NCBI GenBank assembly: GCA_943704415.1
Contig: CALSCO010000776.1
Location: 1-41,278, forward strand
Length of the DNA stretch: 41,278 nucleotides
DNA from: Parvularia atlantis
Taxonomy: Eukaryota
Reading direction: 5' to 3'
Under the pieces are notes generated by a model. The model had not been told where the DNA came from, did no database searches, and saw only the letters and a list, made by a program, of their open reading frames with translations. How positions within the stretch are numbered: the first letter of the stretch is position 1; each line of letters starts with the position of its first letter. Positions 1 through 9,271 of this stretch are shown here, piece by piece. A program made the position numbers and the translations under genes.

Positions 1-87
1 TCGGCCATCAGTCGCCGCACGACCTTGCTGTTCACTACATGGCCGGCGCTGCGCAGTGTCGCTGTCATGCGCCGATACCTCAGGTCC

Positions 88-3035
88 ATGTACGAGAACG
101 AGGCGAGCGTCAGCTACCTGGACGACATCCAGCAGATCCCTCAGTCGGGCTTCGACTGGGTCGACCTCAACCCGCTCAACGAGTTCCCCGTCAAGTGCGG
201 CGCCCGTTGGTTGCCATTGTCGCCCGCACGGCTGATCCCCCCGCGCGCGCGCGGCACACGCAGCGGCAGCCTCGGCGCGCTCGCGACCGGCCTCGCGTAC
301 GGCTCGCAGGTCGACTACAACGCCGCCGCGGTCGCGGCCTCGGCGGCCGACAGCGCCAACCAGGCCTACATGGAGGCGTTTGGGCTCAAGGTGCGGTTTT
401 TCGCGCGACTTGTCTGTGTGCGGCGTCGGCTCGCTCACGTCCCGCGCAACACAGGACTCGTCCATGTCGCAGCCGTGGATCGGGGCCGCCGCGCCCTCGC
501 CCAGCAACTACGCGCCCTCGCCCAGCGCGCTGCTCGCCACGCCCAGCACGCTCGCCAGCGCAACCGGCGCAACCACGGCGCCCGCTGGCGCAAACCAGAT
601 GCTCAGCCCGTCGCCGCCCATGGGCACGTCATGCCGCCGCGCATTCTGCTGAGGGCTGACACGTGCGGCCATCGCAGCGTCGCCGGGTGTGGGTGCAGCG
701 CAACGCCAGCCGGCCAAGCTGCAGCTGGAGGCGTTCCATCAGAAGCTGAGCGAGCCGTACACGTGCGTCGCGGCTATCAGGCGGGCGGCGCGCGCTGACG
801 CGGCGCGTGATGGGGGAAATTTTTCGCGGCCGTGGCACAGGGGCGAAGAGCGCATGCGCGCGGAGCAGACGTTCATGATCGAGAACGAGTGGGCCGAGCT
901 GCTGCGGACGCACCCGCGCGACTTTGTGTGCATGCTCACGCCCATCGCCATGTTCCTGCGCGCGTCCGACAATGCCAAGGAGGTGCGCCCGCGTCCCGCC
1001 GCCGCGCGCCCGTCGGCTCACTGCCGCCTGCGCAGCTCGTCGGCCACCGGCCCGACCAGCTCATCGGCAAGAACGTGATCAACTACATCCACGTCGACGA
1101 CCTGCCGTACTTTTACGACCAGCTCACACTCGCGCTGACGCAAAACCGCAAGGTGCCCCCGGGCTGCGCCGCCGCCGCCGTGCGCTGCCGCTCACGCCGC
1201 CGCCGTGCAGGTAACGATAAACTACCGCTTCCGGGCGGGCGGCCAGAGCTTTGTGCGCATGGAGGGCACGTACTACCCCTGCCAGTCGAAGGCGTCGGGT
1301 GCGCATGCCAAGCAGACGCAGTGGGCGCAGCGCTGAGCACGACATGCAGGCGAGATGTTGTGCATCCTCTCGCACAGCTACCCCGTGCTGCAGACGCAGG
1401 TCGAGATGGCGTCGGGCGCGATGGCCGGGCGGCGCAAGTTCATGTCGCGGCACACGCTCGAGGGGGTACGACTCGTCGCGCGCACGCTGGCCCCGCACGG
1501 CGGGTCGCTCACGTTGTGGCGTCACTGTGCAGGTCTACACGTACGTCTCGCCCTCGGTCTCGACCATCCTGGGCTACGCACCGCAGGACCTCATGCACAA
1601 GTCGTCGTACGAGTTCTTCCACGCCGAGGACCTGCAGCGCATCTCGCACGTGCACTCCAACCTGAAGAAGACGGGCGATACGGGCACGGTGCGGTACCGC
1701 ATCCGGCGCAAGGCACGTGCGGCGCGGTGCGGCACAGAGGGGGTGGCGGGGCGCTGACCGCGGGTGGGCGGGCGCAGAACGGCTCGTACTGCGCGGTCGA
1801 GACGCTCTTCAGCATCTTCAAGAACCCCGTGAGCGGCAAGGCCGAGTGTATCATCTGCACGTCGACCGACCTGAGCGAGGTGCTGCACCGCGCCCTACCG
1901 CCGGCTGCCTGTGTGCTCACCGTGTCGTGCGCCCGCAGGACCAGGTGCCGGTGGACGACCACGCGCTGGTGGAGAAGCTGCAGTTTGAGCTGGATGAGCT
2001 CAAGAAGCTGTTGGTGCGAACGTGTGCCGTGCGCGTGTGTGCACCCGCTGATCGCCCGCACGCGCGCAGCAATCGAGGACACAGGAGGTCGAGACGCTCA
2101 AGCAGGAGCGGCACCGGCTCAAGGTCGTCAACGGGCCGGCCGTGCCGCCCTCACCCGCCGCGCAGCCGCCCGCCAGCTCCGCGACGAGCGCGCGCCACAC
2201 GCCGCAGTCGACGCCGCAGGCATCAGCCGCGACGGGGCTCATGCTGCCGCCCGGGTGCGCCGCCAGCCCGCCTACCGTGCCGCGCTCAGTGTTGACTGTC
2301 GGGCTCAGTGCCACACCGAGCTCGGTCAATCCGAGCACTGCGGGTTTTTTTCGCGCGCCCGTGAGTGACAGCAGGATCAACCAGGTGCGCTGCGCGCGAA
2401 TAAGGGCCGTGCATGCGCGTGTGCTGCTGACTTTCACCGCGCGACGCAGTCTGCTCACAACACGCCGTCGGTGTCGGCACCCACGGGCGCGTCGTCCGCC
2501 GCGGCACCGACCCAGCGCCACTCGTCGAGCGAGGGCTCGACGCCATCGCAGAGCGCGTCTGAAGCGCTGAGCAGCGCGCGGAGAAAGGTACGTGTGCGGC
2601 TTTGTGCTTGCGGCCCGTACAGCCAGCTCACAGTGCGCCGCACGCGCAGCAACGCCTGCGCAAGGTGCGCACCAACCTGACGTGCGAGGAGTGCGGGACA
2701 CACGACTCGCCCGAGTGGCGCCGCGGGCCGGCCGGCAACCAGTCGTGCGTGCTGCGGGGCGCGTGCGATCGTCGCGAGGCTGACGCACGCACGTGCGCGC
2801 AGTCTGTGCAACGCCTGCGGCCTGCGCTTCGCCAAGAAGCGCCGCCAGTCCAACTCGTTCGACGACGGCAGTGACGACACCAGCAGCAGCGCGAGCGGGA
2901 GCACGGCCGGCCCCGAGGCCGGGAGCGACAGCGGGCTGATGAGGTGCCGTCTGCGCGCTGCGTCTGCTGTGGGCTGCTCACGCGCGGCGTGCTCGCAGGA
3001 CCGTCTCCGGGTCGTTTGCGCTCGACATGGCATAA
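88..3035 (+). CDS. PAS-PAS-coiled coil-GATA zinc-finger transcription factor (White Collar-2-like architecture), ~15 exons; true start may lie upstream
   Basis: Spliced exons give PAS-A (RDFVCMLTPIAMFLRASDNAKE|LVGHRPDQLIGKNVINYIHVDDL...|VTINYRFR), PAS-B (FMSRHTLEG|VYTYVSPSVSTILGYAPQDLMHKSSYEFFHAEDL...RYRIRRK|NGSY), a coiled coil (LVEKLQFELDELKKLL|QSRTQEVETLKQE) and a GATA finger CEECGTHDSPEWRRGPAGNQS|LCNACGL. Stop TAA at 3033-3035. Confidence 0.85.
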
Positions 3036-3226
3036 CCTCAAGCTCCCCGCACGACCAGTGCTCATTCTCGCAAGCGCACCTCCCGTAATATACGTACCAG
3101 TACAGCGCCTTGTAGTTGCTAGGACCGACGCAAACCGTAGATAGAAGCGAAGCGCGGCACGACCGCGGGAACGCGCCTGCCGCGTGGCCCCGCCCGTCCA
3201 CAAATTTGCGCATTCCGCCCGTCCAT

Positions 3227-5363
3227 ATGCTCGACCAGCGCCTGCCCGTGCAGTACTTTAGCCGCGGCGGCCTGCCGAGCCTGACGGCGCTACTGGCCGT
3301 GTACCTGGTCTTCGTCGGCGCGGTCTTCCTCCCGTTCACGGCGCTGTTCTGGCTGCGGTGCGAAACGGCGCGTCGCGGGCGCGTTTCGTCTTCCTGACGC
3401 GACGCCTGCCGCCTGCCGCCGCCGCCCGCCGCAGACGCGGAAAGGAGCCGCTGCACTCGCGCTCGGCCGTCATGGTCGTGTACCAAATGGTCTGGCTGCT
3501 GCTGTGCGTGGCGCGGCGCCGGACGCGGCGCCGGACGCCGAGTCGTGATGTTCTCATGCCCACCCCTGGCACGGCGCCATACAGCTCCTACACGGCCAAC
3601 ACGACCGCGCTGTATCTCGTACACACGCAGGACAGCGACAGTGCGCGGGACGCGGCCTGCCAGCTGTACTTCTGGCTGGGCGCGCAGTACGTGCCGATGA
3701 CGACGCTGGTGCGGCCGTTTATCGGGGCGCCGGTCGCCGCTCACGACGCGCGCCGCGCAACCGTTCGGAAGCCGTACATCATCCGCGGCATGCGGCTCTA
3801 CATCCAGTACATGCGCAGCAAGCTCATGCTCGCCGACAGCCGCGTTGCTCTCAAGCTCGCACCCGAGCTGCCCCTGCGCGAGATGCACCGGGCGATTGTG
3901 CGCGCGTGCCGCTGGATGCTCACGTGGAAGGGCAGCGTGCTCCTCATCGGCCTGTCGTCCCTCGCGACCATCGTCATCCAGATCCCGCTCTACGTCCTAC
4001 GCGACACGACCGACCCGCTCTGGATCAACACGAACGGGTGCGCCCGCCGGCCCCGTGCGCGCAGCCTGGTGCTGACGCCCGCGCCGCAGCTTCGCGTACC
4101 TCCAGGTCGCGCAGGTCATCGTCATCGTCGGCCTGGCCACGCCCATGGTCATGCTCGTGTGGCTGGCGCAGGACGCGTACTCGATCCGCGACGAGCTGAC
4201 GGCGGTGCTGCTGATCGGCACGCCGACAGCGATCCTCTACGTGCGCCGCGCTGGCCCCACCGCCAGGGCGCCCGCCGCTCACGCACACAGCCCCGGCGCC
4301 AGCTGCTGGCCATCTTCACGGTCATCGACGTGTCCATCGGGACCATCATGGACTTCCAGCTGTGGCTGTTGTGCGTGCGCGCGCCCCGCGCTGCCGCCCG
4401 CATGCTCACCGCGGCACGCGCAGCTTCGTCAGCTCGGTCGTGTGGCCCGTGATCAAGTCGTACTCGTTCGAGCGCGTCCGCGCGCGCTTTCTCAGCACGA
4501 CGCGCCTGCTCACGAGCGAGCGGCGGCGGAGCAGCACCGGGCGCACCGCGGGCTCGACGGACAACAGCTCCAGCGTCGACCGCGACTCGTCCACGGCCGC
4601 GGGCGTCACAACGAGCTCGGTCGAGATGGTGCCGGTCACGCCGCGCACGCCGCTCAGCCCAAAGATGCCCGACACGCCGATCAGCCCCGACGCGCCCGCG
4701 CTCGACGCCAGCGCCGTCGCGGTCGACGAGGAGGGGACGATCCCCGCGCCCGGCCCGGACAACAAGGTTTCGCTCAAGCGCACCAAGTCGCGCCGCGCGC
4801 ACAGGTCGGACGAGCCGCACGGCAACGGCCTCCTGCTCTCGGACATGCTGCACAACCCGAGCGAGATCGACCGGCTGCTCAAGCAGGCCGTGCTCTGCTT
4901 CAGCGCCGAGGTGCTCGCTCGGGCTGGACACGATGAGTCGCGCTCAGCCGCGCGATGCCGCAGCTCGTCCTATTTGTGCTCGACGTCCAGCGCTTCCGCG
5001 ACGAGATCAAGGACCTGGGCGAGCTGGCTGACAACGCTACGGTGCTGCTACACGCGTCGCAGATCGCGGTGCGCTGCGGCTGCCGCGCCCGCAGCGAGCG
5101 ACGCGGGCTCAAACGCTGATGCGTGCACGCAGGGGCTGTACATCCAGCGCGGTGCACCGCGCGAGATCAACGTGGTCGAGGCCACGCGGCGGCACGTGCT
5201 CGAGACGCTCAGGAAGCAGCGCGCGAGCAAGGCGCCCGAGATCGACGAGCTGCGCACGCTCTTCAGCCAGGCCGACGCCGAGGCGCGCGCGCTCATCCGC
5301 ACCAATATCCTCCCGCACCTCGTCACGCCGGCCACGCCCGCGCCGCCCACGTCGGCCGCGTGA
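3227..5363 (+). CDS. 7TM-RGS protein (seven transmembrane helices plus C-terminal RGS domain), paralog A
   Basis: Seven hydrophobic segments after splicing, with a DAYSIRDEL motif before TM6. C-terminal RGS-like motifs LSDML...FSAE|LVLF...YIQRGAPREINV...LFSQADAEARALIRTNILPHL. ATG at 3227, TGA at 5361-5363. Confidence 0.8.
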
Positions 5364-5565
5364 GTGGGGCTCATGCTACTCTGTTGTCTTACACACGGTC
5401 ATCGCTGAAGTTGAAAGCTCACTGATCAGGAAGGTGCAGATCTCATCAGTGGCAGATTCAGCCGCGCTTGTTGTAGTGGTTGTGGTGCTTTCCGCCGCCT
5501 GCCGGCCGCGCGCCTGCTGACACGCCGCTCACGCGCGAGCGCCGCGCCGCACCCCGCCGCAGACC

Positions 5566-7502
5566 ATGCCGATCGTCGTCCAGTTCTGGCAGCCCGGCGG
5601 GCTCGTCTGGCCGGCCGCGCTGCTCGTCTCGTTCGGCGTGTACACGGCCCTGCTGCTGCCGTCCGCGTGGCTGTTCTGGACGAGGTGCGGCGCGCGGCGC
5701 GGACCATGTGCGGCGCGGAGAGCGGGCGGGGCGAGGCGCATGAAACGCCGCGTCTCGTCGGCGTCACGCTCGCGTCACGTTCACTTCTCATTACCGCGTT
5801 GCAGGCGTCACAAGGACCCCCTGCGCTCTCGCTCCGTGCCCATGGTCCTGTTTGCGATCGCCTACATGGCGCTGTGCTACGGCGCGAACGGCGTGGCCTA
5901 CTACCTGCTGTTTGAGTACGGCCCCGTGAGTGACGCGCCGTCGCAGATCATGTGCTGGATCGGCCTCGAGCTTGTCCCGATCACGTTCGGCGTGCGTCCG
6001 CGCCTCCCCCCGCCCCCGCACCGCGCCCACGCGCGCGCTACGCAGGCCTACACCATCCGCGGCATGCGCCTCTACCTCCAGTTCATGCGCGGCAAGCTCA
6101 TGATGGCCGACAGCCGCGTCGCGATGGGCCTCTCGCGCGATCTGCCGCTGATAGAGCTGCACCGCGCACTCGTGCGCTCGTTCCAGTGGATGCTGACCTG
6201 GCGCGGCGGCGTGGGCATGCTCGCGGGCATGTACATTGCCGTGCTCGTGCCGCTGATTGCGCTGTTCGTCACGGCCGACCGCACCGACCCGCTCTGGATG
6301 AACACGCCCGGGTGCGCCCCGCCTGCCGCCCGACCGCCCGACCGCCTGACCGCCTGACCTCCCGCCCGCTGATCGCGCGGGTGCAGCTTTGGCTTCCTCA
6401 TGATCGCCCAGGCCGTCATCATCAATGGCCTCGCGTGGCCAGTGCTGCTGCTCTGCTGGATCGTCAACGACGCGTTCTCGATCCGCGACGAGCTCACGGC
6501 CGTCGTCTTCATCTGCTCGCCAACCTCATTCGTCTACGTGCGCGCCCCGGCGGCCTCGTCGCACGCAGCGACGCAGCTGACCGCGCTGTGCCGCACCCGC
6601 AGATGCTGGCGCTGTTTGACGTCGTCAAGTTCGTCGACACGTTCTTCTTCGCGGTCATGGCCTGGGGCTGGTGCGCCGGGCGGGCGGGCGGGCCGGGTGC
6701 GACGCTGACGTCCGGCCTCACGCGCAGTCTGCTCGCGTCGATCGTGTGGCCCGTGGTCATGTCGTACCGCTACGAGTACAAGCACGCGCGCTACGCCTCG
6801 CTCGGCGCCACGACCCGCGGCGGCACGTCCAACAGCCACAGCGAGCAGGGCCAGGGCGCGATGTCGTCCGAGCTGAGCGAGCATAGCCTGAGCTCGCCGA
6901 CGTCGCAGTCAATGGAGATGATCCCCGTCACCGACGAGCGCGCCGGGCGCGACGCCAAGCCGCGCGACGTGGAGGCAGCGACGGCCGCGCTGCAGCATGT
7001 GCGCATCGCCGAGCTCCTGGCCGACCCCGAGCAGTACGAGCGCCTGCTGCGGCTGTCGGTGTTGTGCTTCTGTACCGAGGTGCGCTCGCGAGCTGCTCGC
7101 TTTTTTGCGTCGCTGATCAGGTCGACGCACAGCTTGTCGTGTTCTGTCAGGACGTGCTGCAGTTCCGCGCCGCACTGCACGACGCAAGCAAGACCACGGC
7201 CGAGCACATTACCCACGCGACGCGCCTGACGGTGCGGCGCACGCCGAACTACCGCGCGTCCTCACGCCTAGTGTGCGACGCAGGACATGTACGTGCTCGA
7301 AGGCGCGCCGCGCGAGATCAACATCGTCGACACGACGCGGCGGCAGATCGTCGAGACGCTGGCGTCGCTGAGCAGGCCGAGCGCCGTGCCGGCCGACGCG
7401 GGGCCGGCGCTGCGCGGGCTGTTCACGGCTGCTGAGGGCGAGGCCAAGGCGCTGATCCGGACAAACATACTGCCGCACATGCGTGTCGCGCCTGCGGTGT
7501 AA
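5566..7502 (+). CDS. 7TM-RGS protein, tandem paralog B
   Basis: Aligns with paralog A (YTIRGMRLYLQFMRGKLMMADSRVA; WMLTW; DAFSIRDELTAV; SIVWPV; FCTE|LVVF; YVLEGAPREINI; ALIRTNILPH) and shares most intron positions. ATG at 5566, TAA at 7500-7502. Confidence 0.8.
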
Positions 7503-7594
7503 GAGAGCGGGCGCTGTTTTTGCAATTGCTTTGCGCACTGACTGAAGAGAGGCTACACTGGGCTGCTTGATGCTATGCTGGTCGATGAGGGTGG

Positions 7595-8950
7595 TCACCA
7601 GGCGAAGGTAACGACGCGGAGCGGATAAAAGTCGGTCGCGATAGCGAAGAGGTGCGCTATCACGAAGACGAAGACGATGGCCGAGAGCACGTAGAGCGAC
7701 CACGTACCGACGTCGGAGATGACAATGTCAGAGAGGAAGCACACGTACGGGATCAGGAACAGGAGGAAGCCGCTCGCGCAGAACGCGAGCGGCACAAACT
7801 CGCGCCAGCGCATGATCCCGACAAGGTCCATCGTCGATTTGGCCCGCGGGTACTCGTTCAGCTTGACTTGGACATACAAGTTCGTGCAGACTGGCGTTCG
7901 CGTGTGCCGCCGGTGCGTTTGCCAGTGAGCGCGAACAGCAGCGCGCAACAGCTCACAAAGCGGCATACCGGAGAAGATGGCGAAGAACATTGTGTAGGGC
8001 GGGAACTGCGAGCGCAGGAGGCCGGGCAGGACAATGGCGCCGTCGGCGGTGAGGGCGCGCGCGTTGTAGACCGACTTGATGATGGCCGGGATGACGAGGA
8101 CGAACCACGAGCGCGCGGCGGCGACGCTGCTGGCGAGCAGCAGACCCTTGCGGTGGAGGCCGATGGCGTAGGCGTGGATGCGCGGGCAGAACGGGAGGAG
8201 GATGCCGTAGACGACGATGCCGCCGAGAGTGAAGATGGAGAAGGCGTTGGTCCAGTACGGGTTGGTGAAGAAGAATGGGAAAACAACAACGCTGCTGCCG
8301 AACGCGATCGCGACGAGGCCCACGAACGGCCACGGCGACGCGCACACGCCGAGCACGGCCGGCGCGGCGAGCAGCGCGACCTCCTGGCTGGCCTTGTACG
8401 CGAGCACGAACGCGAGTGTCCCGCTCAGGCTGCCGTCCATCGACGCCGTCGTGTACACCTGGTACACGACCGTGCCGAAGAAGTAGACCACGACGAGCCA
8501 GCTGAACGCGGTCACATTGAGCACGGCCTGCAGCCGCGCCTTGATCGAGCGCCCGCCGGCGGCCTGCTGTGGCTTGCGCGGCGCGTCGACATCGGCCGCG
8601 ACCTCCTCGTCCGCGCCCGACGCCGACCAGATGGACGCGCCGTCGCCGTCGCCGTCGTCGTTGCCGCCGCCGCCGTCGGGCAGGTCGTCGCCGGCCACGA
8701 TCTGCATGCCCGTGTCGAGCACGTTCATCGCCGTCTCCGAGCCGGCGCGGAGGGCGCCGCGCGCGCGCTCGCCGCCGGTCGGCTCGGCGTTGGCGGGGAG
8801 GAACTCGATGAAGGTGCGCCCGTTGACGCGCGTGAGGCGCACGGGCACGCGGCCGCGCGGCGTCGGCACGTACGCGCTCGAGGGGCTATCCAGCGCGACG
8901 AGGGCGCGCGGTCCACGCGGCGGGCGCGGCGGCGGCGGGACGCTGTCCAT
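7595..8950 (-). CDS. Intronless polytopic membrane protein of unknown family (~450 aa, ~8 TM segments)
   Basis: Uninterrupted ORF from MDSVPPPP (ATG at 8950) with a Pro/acidic N-terminus, then repeated hydrophobic stretches (FSWLVVVYFFGTVVY; PFVGLVAIAFGSSVVVFPFFF; AFSIFTLGGIVVYGILLPF; FCASGFLLFLIPYVCF; LYVLSAIVFVFVIAHLFAI). Confidence 0.75.
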   Translation of the reverse strand: MDSVPPPPRPPRGPRALVALDSPSSAYVPTPRGRVPVRLTRVNGRTFIEFLPANAEPTGGERARGALRAGSETAMNVLDTGMQIVAGDDLPDGGGGNDDGDGDGASIWSASGADEEVAADVDAPRKPQQAAGGRSIKARLQAVLNVTAFSWLVVVYFFGTVVYQVYTTASMDGSLSGTLAFVLAYKASQEVALLAAPAVLGVCASPWPFVGLVAIAFGSSVVVFPFFFTNPYWTNAFSIFTLGGIVVYGILLPFCPRIHAYAIGLHRKGLLLASSVAAARSWFVLVIPAIIKSVYNARALTADGAIVLPGLLRSQFPPYTMFFAIFSGMPLCELLRAAVRAHWQTHRRHTRTPVCTNLYVQVKLNEYPRAKSTMDLVGIMRWREFVPLAFCASGFLLFLIPYVCFLSDIVISDVGTWSLYVLSAIVFVFVIAHLFAIATDFYPLRVVTFAW

Positions 8951-9271
8951 GGCTTTCTTGCTTGCGTGGAAGTTCCGGGGCGGGCCCTGAGCCGGGGCGA
9001 AAAACTCTTCAAACCGTTGACCGAGACACACAATCACTTCGATCGGATAAACGCCTAAGGCACAGGGCGAGGGCCGCAGCGCGTTGCGACGCGGCCGACG
9101 TTCGCCGCGCACCCACCCCGCGGCGCCCTGCAGCGACACACAAGGCCGCAACTCGATCCGAAGACCTTACTCGGCCAAGCGCATCAAGCGTATGCCAGCA
9201 TGGCGGCTGAAACAAGGCTATAAATAGCAACGCGGTCTCAGCCACAATTTTCCACCGGAAACCAAGGCCCC

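Noticed and set aside
1291..1349. Apparent GC donors at ~1292, ~10829 and ~33031
   Set aside because: In-frame GT donors a few codons downstream (1299, 10848, ~33008) give the correct phase, so these were not counted as GC-AG introns.
850..1880. PAS-GATA protein as a WC-1-like blue-light receptor
   Set aside because: No LOV signature (GxNCRFLQ) in any exon within the window. An upstream exon outside the window cannot be excluded.
5360..5562. GTGAGT donor overlapping the stop of 7TM-RGS A plus an acceptor just before the ATG of paralog B, suggesting a spliced A-B fusion
   Set aside because: The donor is phase 2 and joining it to the 5562 acceptor puts paralog B out of frame. The acceptor more likely belongs to a 5' UTR intron.
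7652..9058. 468-aa + strand ORF
   Set aside because: Antisense shadow of the intronless membrane gene. Arg/Gly/Ala-rich, as expected from GC-rich codon bias.
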